From Malacoraja senta (Eukaryota), in NCBI GenBank assembly GCA_038087875.1, contig CM075987.1, positions 18,600,001 to 18,664,000 of the forward strand: a DNA stretch of 64,000 bases. Reading direction: 5' to 3'. Below, one piece after another: positions 26,221-39,146 of this stretch (the stretch's first letter is position 1; each line of letters starts with the position of its first letter). The translations under genes were made by a program, and so were the position numbers. Under the pieces are notes generated by a model, which had not been told where the DNA came from, did not search any database, and worked only from the letters and a program-made list of their open reading frames with translations.

Positions 26221-27388
26221 TGACCCCAAATAGGACAACTGTGGGAGTCAATGTTCTGATATTACTACATTACATAACCATATCCTAAAGCTGTATCAAA
26301 TACATCCCTTTTACTTGCAGGTGAGTTGAGGAAATATTCACTGACATCCTACTACAACTAGAGCGCAGTTCTGAACTACTATGTACCTCGTGGGAGACCC
26401 TCAGACTATCTTTAATTGGACTTTACTGGCTTTATCTTGCACTAAATGTTATTCACGTTATTCCCTTAATCATATATCTGTACACTGAATCGAATCCAGG
26501 TCTCTGGCACCGTAAGGCAGCAACTCTACCGCTGCGCCACCCTGCTGACGTTAATAGCTCCCAAAAGAATCACAATAAGGGGATAATAGTGTACTTAGTA
26601 CAAACCAGTTGCAATAATTTATAGCAATATGTTCTCCAGCAGTGAAGAATTCCCCAATCACCTCCATTTTGACTAATAATGCTTTTATAGAGTTAATAAT
26701 AAGCAGAGGGGTTAGAGACAGCTGAACAGCATGCAAATCTGCTCTCTGGCCCACCTTGTCCATGTCACCCAAGTTAGCATGCTGGGCTTGTTTCATTCGA
26801 CTACATTTGGCCCTTACCTCTCTAAACCATTGCTATCCATATACTTGGGTTGAGGTGGAATGATGTGAAAGGAGATGATAACACATACAGTGCAAACAGT
26901 TATTCCAGAACACCAGGGGTTTAGGGGAGACCGGAAACTAGCATATAAATTTTTGAGAGGCATAGATAGGGTTGAGTGCCAGAACTTTTTTTCCCCAGGC
27001 TGGAAATGTCAAATGCTAGTTTTAAGGTGAAAGGGGGAAAGTTTAGAGGAGACGTGTGGGGCAGATTTTTTTAAAACATAAATGCAGAGGGTAGTGGGAG
27101 CCTGGAATGCATCCTTGAGGTGATGGTGGAGACAGATACAAGAGTGGTGTGTAAGAGGCTTTTGGATAAGCAAATGGATATGCAGAGAATTGAGGGATAT
27201 GGGTCACAAGCAAGCAGAGGAGATTTTAAATTAGAATCATATTAATTGACACTGACATTGAATCATAGACATTGTGGGCCACAGGGCTTGTTCCTGTGCT
27301 GTACTATTTTATTTTCCACCTCGCTCACTGCTGCTCATTTGTAAATAGTGTTCTGCCGTATTTAAACATCACACATTTTTCTCTGCAG

Positions 27389-27598
27389 ACGATTTGTCTG
27401 GAATTTCTTCCGGTTGGAGAACGAACATCTGAACAACTGTGGCCAGTTCCGAGCAGTCCGTGACATCTCCATCATGCCCCTAACCAGGGAAAACCAGGCC
27501 ACTCTGCTGCTGCTCATGGACCAGCAGGAAGGTGTCAGGAATCGTGGAAAAGTCAAAGCTAGCAAGAGGAAAACCAACTTCTCCTTTAAAAGATCAAG
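27389..27598 (+). CDS. XPR1: XPR1-like exon (14), end of EXS domain and cytosolic tail
   Basis: ctgcag|ACGA...TCAAG|gtcagt; [31 protein letters not shown]...[10 protein letters not shown]; if unspliced, the frame stops at 27617. Confidence 0.92.
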
Positions 27599-30500
27599 GT
27601 CAGTTAAAAAACAATGATGACTTACATCTATATTCACGTTAATCCTTTGCAAACTTAAGGCTCTGCACACACTTGACTCAGATCTTTCGCCCAGCCACCA
27701 AAGGCGACAAGAGTCAAGAGCGTTTAATTGTCAGGTGTATCAAAATCGGAACAATTAAATTCTTACTTGCTGCAGTTTAACAGGCCCATAATAATATGTA
27801 ATAATCAATAATATAATAAATAACTAATACGGGGTCACCATAAAAATGCAAAACCCAAAGTTTGTAGTGCAACCAGAAACACAGCTCAAAGAAGATCATG
27901 GTTGTTGAAGTTAATGCTGACTAGTGTTCAAGAGCATGATGGTTGCTGGGAAACATCTTTCACGAGAAAAAAATGGCCACATGAACAAGGTTACTGGAAA
28001 GTAAAAAACTACAGAAGCCGGGATGTGAAATAGATACACAAATTGTTGGAATCACCAAGCAGGTCAGGAAGCACCTGTGGTGGGAGAGACCTAATGCCCG
28101 AGATCCACGGCCTGAGATCCAAGCTTAATGGCCTATATCAGCACATGCATATTCCTGACCTCTCTGTAACAGCACTGACTTGCCCTCTCTAAGCCCTGCA
28201 GGACAGTTCCCCTCTTCCCTCCAGCACACACATTGCTGCCACACAATTCCTTCCTTTCAGATCACAAATTTCTACAGTCCTCCAATTCCCTAACTCCTCC
28301 CCACACCTTCACTTTCCTCTGACCCCCAACTCTCCATCCTGCTCATTTCACTTCAAGCCCCACCACAAATCCATGTTCAGCATCCCTTCTCATCCCTCAT
28401 CTCGATTTTGCCACCCTTTCACTCAGTCAAATCTGAACTTGTGGAACTCCGTTCTCACCTCCCAGCACCTCCTTCACCCCTTTATTCATTCAGTGACACC
28501 CGCCTCAGTATTGCTTACTGGCCACAAAGAACTCCATCATTTAATTAGTTTTGCTGCCCACCTTTTACGGTTCTCAATGTCACAAGGACCATTCCAGACT
28601 CTTCACTTCCTTTTCTGAATCGGTCTTAGAGGATGTGTTACGATTTACATCCAGACCTTTCAGTTATCCTGATATTACTTCCACCCGCTCGAGACACAAC
28701 ACTTCACCTTCCATCTGGACATATTGCAGCCTTCAGGATTTAATATTAATTTCAGATAATTTGATTCCTGTTTGCATCAGAAGTGGTGAGTTCTGCTCTG
28801 GGATTATCCATCTGCAACATTAACACTTCCCCCCCTCCCCCCATTCTCCCAACACACACAGTCTGAAGAGATGAACACATTCAATAATGATCTTTTCGGC
28901 TTCAAATCTCAGTTGTAGTTCTGGCAGCTTTTACATGTTCCCCAAGTCTCTTCTCTCACTCCCCTCATCAATCCAAGGAATCAGCAACATCAGCCTCATC
29001 CCATTGGAGATATTTCCTCACCTTATCCCATCCCTCACCATCTCCTCTGTAACAAAACAAATTTGTTTTCTCACCTTTCCCATTTCTGATGATGGGGTTT
29101 CAACCTAAAACACTAACGCTCTCTCCTAGATGCTGCCAGGCCATGTAGATAAAGAGGAAATTAATATTTTGAATCAATGGCATTTCATTGGAACTGTAAA
29201 AAGTTAAAGATAAAATGTTTTAAAATGCAGGGAATGGTGTGGGTGTGGAGTGAGAGACAGCTGTTGCTCTGTGAGGGATGGGAGTAGTCAGAGCCTTCAA
29301 CTCACGCCTTCCAGCTATTATCAACCATCTTTGTATTGTTTCCTTTCCTCCCTTTCTCTGCATCTTAAAATCAGCTTTCTCCCAGCTTTAATTCATCATC
29401 TTCGAAAGGAGGAAAAATGAAGGCAATATTGCATTGGGAAGAGCAGCACCAACGAGGCTTCAGACTTGGTTGTGAAAGCCAAATGTGATCAGTGGGTGGC
29501 AGTACTACCCTGTGTGACAAGTGTAGTACAGCACCACCTGCTGTCAGCACATGGCACTTCCATCCAGGGCTTTCCTTTCAAGGACCATGTTGCAGGGCAG
29601 TCAACTTGTGGGCTGATTTTGGCCATGATACAAAGCCCTGTGGTCCACCTCTGTAACAGAACTAATTGTGCTCACTTGACCCCACCAATTATTACATTGC
29701 AGCAGCTCCGCATGGATGAGGTTCTGTCATGATTGACAATGGATGTTCATGAAGGTCATGACAATAGTTCACCAGCCTGGATGCACAAGGAACAGCAGAT
29801 GCTGCAATCTTAAGTAAAATGTTTCAGGTTGGGACCCTTCTTCACACGGCGAGTCTGATTCTGAGGAAGAGTCCTGACCTGAAACACTGCCCTTCCACGT
29901 ATTCCACAGATGCTGCCTGACCCGTTGAATTATTCCAGCACTATTTGTGTTCTACACAAGATTCCACCATCTGCAGTTCCATGTCTCTCATACCATGCTA
30001 TTTGACTATTAAAATGGATATACTTGCTGAACCAATTCTCGTACACATTCAGTATGCTGGCTTCCAGTGACATTTCGGGAAAACTGCAGGAAGTGAGAAC
30101 TCAACTGCTGGATGGCATGAGGAATGAATCACAGGTGTTCACCATCACCCCGTTGAGGGGTGTGGCCCTCAAAAGCATTTCTGATCATCAATTTAGCCAT
30201 CGTTGTCAACTATTGTGCTAGAGGATAAACACACAAGCCTTCTGAGCCATGCACTAAAACACAAAACATATTAAAACACAGGAGGCTATTAGCCTATCAG
30301 GCACGTGTCGACCCCAAGGAGAAAATCCTACAAATTACATTCTTTCTCCTTGCTTCCTGCTGCAACTTATTTTCTTTCACACACCCTTCACCAATGGTGG
30401 TGGGGATGGCTCTGGTAAGAAAAACCCAAGCATTTTACAAAATGTTCAGTGTTGGGTGGGAGCATTGAACCTGGTTCTCTGGCAGCTCTACCAGCTGTGC

Positions 30501-31614
30501 CACCCACCAGTGAGTCAGTAGCACCCTGGATTTGTTACTATTAACATTAACCCTCCATCATTTCCTCCAGTTTGGCACATTTCTACCCAAAGAGCACCCA
30601 TCTAAAGTGTCCAAAGGTAAACTTCCTAGTACCCGCCATTTCCTGTTGGTAGCTTGCTGTAGAATATGTTGCAGATGTTATCAAAAATGTTTTAAAATGC
30701 CCATTATATTAGTGTAATCAGTGATAAAATTCATTTTATGCTTTAGATTTGCTAGTTCTTTTATTTCAATAGACAATAGGTGCAGGAGTGGGCCATTCGG
30801 CCCTTCGAGCATGAACCATTCGGCCCATTCAATGTGATCATGGCTGATCATCCACAATCAGTGCAATAACATTTTGATAAGAGCTAATTATCAGCGCGTT
30901 TCAGTCATTTCCAATTTTCAGGCTAGAGATGTTTCAGTCTCGTCATGTGGATGTTGAGGGCATTTATTTACTGCCTTTTGGTTGTTGTGCTAAGAAGATG
31001 GTGATGCACCATTTATGTGAACAGGGCTCGTGTGTGCTGTGAATATACTCCAATGGTCTGAGCGGAAGATCCAGGAATTTGACCGATAGCATTGATACGT
31101 CAGTATTAACTCTCTGGAACACAGTTCTCATGCAGATACCGTTAAGCCACATTATTTTCCAGAGCAGAGAATGCCTGTTCAGATAAACAAAGCTGAAGAT
31201 CTCATGGTGAAATGGTCATTCATCTCATCCCTATCACAAGAGTCACTGTGCACAAAACAGTGAGGCTGGCCACAAAAGTCATTGTGCTCGAGAGAAATGT
31301 AACGTACATGCAGTACTTCTTCCCGAACAATAGAGTCATACAGCTGTACAAGATGGAAATAGGCCCTTCGACCCATCTTGTCCATGCTGAACAAGTTGGC
31401 GTATTGGACTTGTCCCATTTGCCTGCTGCATTTGGCACCTAGCTCTCTAAACCCTTCCTATCCATATATCTGTCCAAATGTCTTAAAAGTCATAATTGTA
31501 TGATCAACATATGTCAAGATTGTATAATGTAATTTGGGCAAAACTGACAATTGCAGGATTTTGCTTCAAACCAATTCATTCCCTTTCACTAACTCTTGTG
31601 TGTCTGTTCTTCAG

Positions 31615-31660
31615 AGTCAAAAGCTGGGAAACGAAAGTTCACATTGAAGAGATGGAGTGA
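31615..31660 (+). CDS. XPR1: XPR1-like terminal coding exon (15)
   Basis: Branch point cactaac, pyrimidine tract, then ttcag|A GTC AAA AGC TGG GAA ACG AAA GTT CAC ATT GAA GAG ATG GAG TGA = VKSWETKVHIEEME*. Phase matches the exon 14 donor; resembles human SKARDTKVLIED. Confidence 0.85.
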
Positions 31661-31818
31661 TGTGACAAAGCTGAACCAAGTTCCCTTGAAACACTTAGCA
31701 AAGGCATGGGGGCTGTTTTGAATGCTCCAAACTCATTTTGGTGAACTGAACTGTTCATTGAAGTAAAAAGACTGAAGCCACTGACTACAGAGAAAAGTCA
31801 TACTTTTATAAAACAAAA

Positions 31819-31821
<3 letters not shown>

Positions 31822-31852
<31 letters not shown>
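31822..31852. repeat. (TA)n microsatellite in the putative XPR1-like 3' UTR
   Basis: About 15 TA units. Confidence 0.95.
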
Positions 31853-31855
<3 letters not shown>

Positions 31856-32325
31856 AAAAAAATCAGCTCTTTTCAAATGACCCTGCATTGGTAGAGGGTG
31901 TTGATACTCTGCTGATCTCCTCGACATAGATCTGCTCAAAGACTCACAATCAGAGACCTTCTCTAGTTCCAATCTTGCAACACCAAACTGGCTAACTTTC
32001 CCATTGCTTTCCTCTTCTGGCAAAGAAGAACTGGTCTGGTCTCAGCACCCCTGACTCTCCTTTCCATAGTCTAACCAACCCCTCTTTTGGTGGCACAAAT
32101 GAAATCTTGTGTGGAATTACAGGTGTGAATCCTTGCCCATTTATAACATTAAGTGTAATATCAAGTTGTGGTGTTTGTAAGCACGTTATCTGGACAATCA
32201 ATGTCAAATTGTCAAATGAATGAAAGAGTTCAAGTCTTAAAGAGCTAATTAGATTTCAAGACAAAATTAAATCTGAGTTTTAAATGCAGCCAGAGATTGT
32301 CAATATTAGAAACTTGCATCACGCG

Positions 32326-32345
32326 CACACACACACACACACACA
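32326..32345 (+). repeat. (CA)n microsatellite
   Basis: About 10 CA units. Confidence 0.9.
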
Positions 32346-33289
32346 GAAAGCAGACGAACAGTTTAGATTGCTACAGCCTTTGCAGGAAGAGAGAATCTAA
32401 GACATGCAGAAGGAAAATCACCAATGCAGAATGTTTACTGTGGCATCTTGGATGTTTGAATAAACAGATTCTGCTCTGGTCTAGAGTCTCATATTTAAGG
32501 AATAACTGGTTAAGATTCCAGTATGCGATCAAAGCGATCAAAGCTGTAAAATGTGAATATTCAAATGATGGTTTGGTCTTAGTCTCACCTTACAGTTGAC
32601 TAAAGGGGAGTTTATAAAAAATGTAATTGCTGCCCCGTAGTGTTAGCCGTGTGTGGGCAGCAACGAAGTGACTCCGTGTTTTAATCCAATATGTATGTGT
32701 CTGAGTACAGTGATGTTACATAGAATCAGTTGCTTGAAGATATTAGTAATAGGCAGTTTATCAAGGCAGATCAACCTGCTCTATTTTGTGAACTAGGCTT
32801 CCATTCCAATCCTACGGACACATGAATGGATCAATAAACTTAAAACAGGGAAGGGGGGCATTGGGACAGTGGGCTTAATAGTGTTTACATTCATAAAGTC
32901 AAAAGCTGAGAGATAAAAGTACAGTGAGGAGCTGGAAAGATCCCAACAGGTCAATCAATCTACAATGCTGCCCAGCTTGGGAATGAATCAATGTCCACTG
33001 AACTCAACTGTTAGGAGGCAGTTAGCGTATGTAAATAAATTTGGTGTAAATAATTAAACATTATGAAGTTTAAGCTTGTACATAACCTTCCAGTGACAGT
33101 GCTATTTTATAATAGATAAAGGAGAATTCTATGGTTCTTGTTTCACATCATGTACATAAATAATTTTTCTGCCTTGTTTTATCTTGTGCTGGCTTGGGAT
33201 AATAAATTTCTTAGAAATAAACACGATGGATGTGTGGGAGTGATTATTCTGTGCAGGAAATCCATTGAAGATAATGGCTCTGCCACTCA

Positions 33290-33740
33290 TAATCCACTTG
33301 GGTAGCTTGCAACCCAATGGTATGAACATTGAATTCTCCAATGTTAAGCTAAACCCCCTTTTTCCCCCCATTTCTCTTCCCTGTGCTCCGCTCTGGGGTG
33401 CCCCCCCTTTGCTTCTTCCCCCCACAATTTCCTTCCACCTATATCCCTCCCTCTGGCTTCACATTTGACTTCTCTTTATCTTGCACCCTTTCATTACTAA
33501 CATTTTGCCCACCAATCTGCTAATCACATGCCCCTAACCCGTGTCCACCTATCACTTGCCAGACTTGGTCCAAACCCCACCTCTTTCCCAGCTTTCTTCC
33601 CTCCCCTCCACTGCAATCAGGAGGACGGGTCACAACCTGAAATGTTACGTGTCCATGTTCTCCGGATATGCTGCCTGAACACTGGGTGACTCCAGCACTT
33701 TTTTTTTTCTAAACTGCATCAGCAGTTCCTTGCGTTTTCC
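33290..33740 (+). mobile_element. Penelope-like element 3' end: end of the GIY-YIG endonuclease ORF plus tail
   Basis: HLGSLQPNGMNIEFSN matches the Penelope GIY-YIG C-terminal LxxLxPxGxN motif and runs into the tail family (...gctgcctga...actccagcac...). Confidence 0.7.
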
Positions 33741-34014
33741 TTGGCTACATGCTGTCGAACCATACACAGAATTTTGGTGATGGGGCGTCCTTACGGGACT
33801 TATCAGACCCATTCCAACTCATCAGCTCACCAAGCCCCACCCAAAGGCAAGAGGCGATGATGACACAATAAGGGTAATTGGGCACATGAGATTTTAATGA
33901 ACAGTGGAACAGTGACCAGTTCATGCTCTGGAGGGATCGGGTATGTAAAATTTGAGGGGAATAGAGTAGAGCATTAACAGTAGCAAGGACATCTATAACC
34001 AGAGACAGAGCTTC

Positions 34015-34250
34015 AGGTAGACACAAAATGCTGGAGTAACTCGGCAGGACAGGCAGCATCTCTGGAGAGAAGGAATGGGTGATGTTTTGGGTCGAGACCC
34101 TTCTCAGACTTCGTTTCGGGTCAAGACCCTGCTTCTCGACCCGAAACGTCACCCATTCCTTCTCTCCAGAGACGCTGCCCTCCAGCTGAGTTACTCCAGC
34201 ATTTTGTGTCTACCTTCAATTTAAACCAGCATCTGCAGTTCTTTCCTACG
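34015..34250. mobile_element. Inverted pair of Penelope-like tails, low divergence
   Basis: aggtagacacaaaatgctggagtaactc... is mirrored by ...gagttactccagcattttgtgtctacct. Confidence 0.8.
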
Positions 34251-37200
34251 CAGGGCTTCAAGTAACAGGAAGGAGATTTAGTGGGGGGGATTTGGGGAAG
34301 AATTTTATTCAGTGGATGGTTGAACCCTGGCATGCATTAGCTACAGTGGTTGTGGAGGCAGATACTCTCTCAACATTTAACTGGCATTGAGCCGAGCATC
34401 TGAAACACATTGGCATGAGGGCTGAGGGCCAAGAGTTGGAAAATGGGATGCTTAGCTGGATGCCTGATGGCCAGCAAAGACACAGTGGGCTTCAATACTT
34501 CTGCCCATTGTGTACGACTATGCCCCAATCTCTTTGGGGGAAGGAGTGCTACATTAGGCATGAAAAGAACATTAAATGGAAGATTTGTGAAGGGAAAAAA
34601 ATTCCTTTTACATGATGCTCGTGACTTGCTTAAGACCTCTCAGCTGTGGTTCAATTGCAGGCACAGTTGCCTTTTTGTAAGAAAGTCACAGATTCAACTC
34701 GCATTCCAGAGTTTTGAGCACAATGTCCAGGTCGATACTACATTGCCAAACAAGCACATTAATTGGACATTAATGGAGATACAAGGAGCTAGATGCTGGA
34801 ATCCCAAGCAAAATGAAGCATTGGAGGAACTCAGCTCAAGCAGCATCTGCGGGAGCAATGGACTGATGACATGTTAGATCTTGTCACTTCTGCAGGGCTC
34901 AATGGTCCCGACCCAAAAAGTCATCTATCCATTCCCTCAATGGATGTCTGATGTGCCGAGTTCCTCCAACAGTGTTCTTTCCTCAAACGGTCAATAATAT
35001 TATGGAGGTCTGTTGCGAGATTACATGCCTCAATTCCTACATACAACTGGGTCTGAATTTCAAAAATATTGCACAGCTTGCAAATTTCTTTGAAATATGC
35101 TGAAGGTGATATCATTGAAAAGTAGACGATTCTTGCAACTTGTCAAGATAAATGTAGAGCAGTTTCCTTTGGCTGGGATACCAAATACCAGGGTCACAAT
35201 CCCAAAACACAAGTAGTGAATCTATGGAACTCTTTCTAAATGGCTCAGTAGATTTTATTCAAGATAATGACAGATTTGTAGATAATCGAGGGCTAGAGCA
35301 GGAAAGACACCAAGATAGATGAATTATAATCTAATCGAGTGAGAGACCAGACACAAGGAGCTAAATGATCTACATCTCATTCTACTTATGCTTTTAAGCG
35401 ATGTAAAGCCCAAGAAATGCAAGCTCGTCTTTTCTCTGGGTCAGCCCAAAGGTTGATCTCCTTGGTCTGTCGCCCAGTGGCTTTGCTTTAGAGCATGGAC
35501 CTCTCTTAATTCAATTTCCAATGGTCAAGATCAGCACCAAACTGAGAGGTCACAGGATGGTTCACACGCCAGGAAATGCTCCATGGTGATGCGATTGCAC
35601 ACAAACGGAACAAGACGACTCCATGCACATCTCGGGCAGAGTTATAGTGACAGAGGTGCAAATAGGATCAAACAAGAAATTAAGCTATTAGACCAAAACC
35701 TAAATGTCAGACTGGGGAAAGTAACCAAGGAAAATGTGAGGTGTCGACCTGAAATGAAAGCATTCACGGAAACAGAACATCCTATTCAGCACACATACTA
35801 ATCCTGTCATCAAAAGCCAGCACTTCCCTGCAAAACACAGCCGATAAAAATAGCTGCTGTTGACACACGGAGCTGGTGTGAAATCCGCAGTGGAAGAACA
35901 TAATTAACTGCAGGAGAAATGAAAGCATCTCCTCTCACAGGCCTTTACCAAGCACAACTCTGGTAACCTAGTTGAAACTATCAACAAATAATCCAGCAAT
36001 ACGTTGGATAGCTGCTATCCTCATTGTCCCTCACCAATCTAAAGGTTGCGAGGGAAAGGCTCACTTCAACATGGCAGTATAACAGTGCCGCAATTCAGGT
36101 AGTAAGTTGCACCAAAGTCTTGGTCTCTAACAGGGGAACATAAAAATTCTTACTCCACAGTTATGAATAAAGGCCAAAATCCCTGTTTTGGACAAAATGG
36201 ATTTATTAAACACGGAACAAAGTTATCAAATTGCAGACATTGGGCATAAAGATGACTCATCTTGTTTTCTACATTACAATAGTGACTATATTTAAAGAAT
36301 ACTTCATTGGAAGCAAATTACTTAGACAACTACACATAACAAGAAATGCCTTTGGATTAGAAATAAAAGTCTGTCTTTTTCATCAATCCAGCATATTGAC
36401 TAGTTTACTTCATTCTTTGGGTTTAAGCTATCCTGTTCTTTCCCAGAACACAAAGTGTTAGAGTAACTCAGCTGGTTAGGCAGCATCTCCAGAGGACAGG
36501 GATAGGTGACGTTTGGTTGAGACGCTTCTTTGCCTATCCATATCCTTCAGAGATGCTGTCCCGGTTCTAGCATCTGCAGCATTGGCTAAGAATCATTGGC
36601 TAAGATGGTCAAGACTTTCCAATGCCGTGAGCAGATGGGAACTGACATTTTCAGCCCTTAGGTAAGTACAGGGCACAATCTCCGATCAAGTCACAAAATA
36701 GATCTTGAAATCGTTCTCGCACCTTGTGGCAAAAGTCGATACACCCAAGGCGTTTCTGAATTTGTCTTTGGCCTCAAACTAATGTCATTCTCAGGCATGC
36801 TAATGTACATGTACATACCTTCCAGAGTATATAGGCCATTACTGCACAGGAACAGGCTTCTCGTACAGTTTCTGTGCCAAACATGCCTAGTTAATCTAAT
36901 TTGATTTGCCTGCAAACGATCCATATCCCTCCATTCTGGGCTCAGGAACAGCTTCTTCCCCCCTGTTATCAGACTACTGCACAGCCCTTTCATAACCTAG
37001 GGCATAGTCCCAATCTGCCAACTTATCTCATTGCAGGCCTTGCCGTTTGTCTCCATAACTGCACCACTACAATGCTGTAACAATATATACTGCACTCTGG
37101 TATTTTTCTTTTGCACTCCCTGTTGCATTTGTGTATGGTTTGATTGAACTTGTGTATAACATGATTTGACTGGATAGCATGTTGATAAAGCTTTTCCCTA

Positions 37201-39146
37201 TATCATGGTACACTTGACAATAATAAACCAATACAAACATAGGCCCTTCAGCCCACAATGTCTGTGGCGAACACGATGCCAAGTTAAACTAATCTTCTCT
37301 GCCTGCACATTATCCATACCTTTCCATTCCCAGCTTATCCATGTGCCTATCTAAAAGTCTCTTAAATGCCACTATTGTATCTAGCTACAACACCATTTTC
37401 TCAACACAAAGAACAACGTGAACTGCTGCACACATCTCAAAAAGGACAAAGTCTGCCCTCACTAATACAGCAAACTGGCTTAGCAATTCCTATTCCAACT
37501 GGGACCCTTCAAGTTCAAGCCCATTAGTTGATATCAATTAATTGACTAGAGGTCAAGAATTCAACTTGGGCACTATCTTACTTCCATAGCTCTATCCAAA
37601 ATCCAGGTACTATTTACTCACTGAATATAGCTGACACCATTTCATTTCTATTACTCTGGGAATCTTAGTCAGATTTCATCTCAAACACTGCAGTGCGGTT
37701 ACATATAGCTGATAAAGCACTTTTAACCAAAGCTGAGAGGAAAATCCAAATAGATATCCCTCAAATATCAATAAATATAGACCCGATCGTCTTACTCAAA
37801 ATTATACTTTTGGAAATTTAAATAAATATACTTTTTTGATCAAAATCAACCGTCTCAGATACAATCTTTAGTCACAAAGTACTAAAAGAAAATGAAGCTA
37901 CTATGAAAAGGGACTGCTGAATGCAAAAGCAGGCGTCAAACTCGACTAATTTTAATGCTAACTTCGCCATGCCATTGTTCCTTTGTGCTCTTGCCTGGAA
38001 CAATTGCCACTCTATATCACCAAAATAACATCACATTCAGTTCTCGTCAGATTTGCATGGTGCGCATACTTACATACGCATCAGCTGCAAAGATATTAAT
38101 AAACTATATAAAGGCAAGATACTGTGAATGCTAGAAATCCGATGCAAGCAAATGGTGAAAATATTCAGCAAGTCAGGCAGTAATAGAGAGGAAAATAAAA
38201 ACTAAGCTAATGTTTTATGTAGTGCTTTTATGAGAGACAAAAAGATGCTGGTACACATGATTAATAAACACATCACATGGCCAGAGAGTGAAATAATGAC
38301 ATTTATCTTTATAAAGGTGCTGGTCATGTACCATTATCATCATTTTTAAAAAGAAGCACTGGTTATATGTCAATGACTCAAGATTAGAACTGCAAGTTAT
38401 AGATATGACACATTTTACGATGCAGAGGGTCGGTTAAAGTGGAGGAAAGAATAAAAAACGTTTGTTACCGAATGCAGAGAAAAAGACATGAACTGATAAA
38501 CATGACGAGGCGGCGATGTGAAAGTGCAATGGTAACAGAAATGAATTTAAAAGATAGGTACCTTTTAAACAGCAAATTCATTATCTGAGATTGTTGAATT
38601 CTGTTGGAATATCAATCAGAGCTCCCATTCCTGGCTGCTATTCAATAAATATTGGACAGGCATGGAATTGAGCTCAACTCTGCTGCTTTCTGAAGCTGAA
38701 CAAACGGACTATTGGTATTGGTTTATTATTGATACATGTACCAAGATAGTGGAAAGTTTTTATATGCGTGCGATCCAATCAAAGTAGATACAATACACGA
38801 GTACAATCAACTCATGCACGAGCACAACAGGTAATGCAAAGTGCAAAATATGTGAATATTAGTTTTTTGGGCATTGTAGCGTAACAGTTCCAGATTAAAA
38901 AAAGTCCATTGTCTACATTTAGTATGCTGGAATTTTGGGACTACACCCTAACATATGGGGGGGGGGGGATTATGCCTGAGTCTGATGGTATGTACTTTCA
39001 AGCTTTTGTTGCTTCTGCCTAATGGAAGCAGGAAGAAGAGGGAATAACCCAGGTGAAAAATGTCCCTCTTGAAGCTGAGTAGCCTATCAAAATTCAAATC
39101 CAGATTCATAATAAATGCCTTAATTTAATATCATAAAACGTACTAA

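Larger units (their letters stand above)
9389..31660 (+). other. XPR1: XPR1-like (SLC53A1 family, SPX-EXS phosphate exporter) gene span, 5'-partial; coding exons equivalent to human 3-15
   Basis: 13 exons with AG/GT (one GC) boundaries. Lengths 102,218,150,84,82,188,180,169,195,173,137,210,46 sum to 1934 nt (2 + 644 codons including stop) with consistent phases. Motifs KILKKx[59 protein letters not shown]. The symbol denotes the family; orthology to human XPR1 is uncertain. Confidence 0.95.

Noticed and set aside
9389-31660. XPR1-like locus as a pseudogene
   Set aside because: No frameshift or premature stop over 1934 nt; indels versus human are whole codons; splice sites and pore residues are intact.
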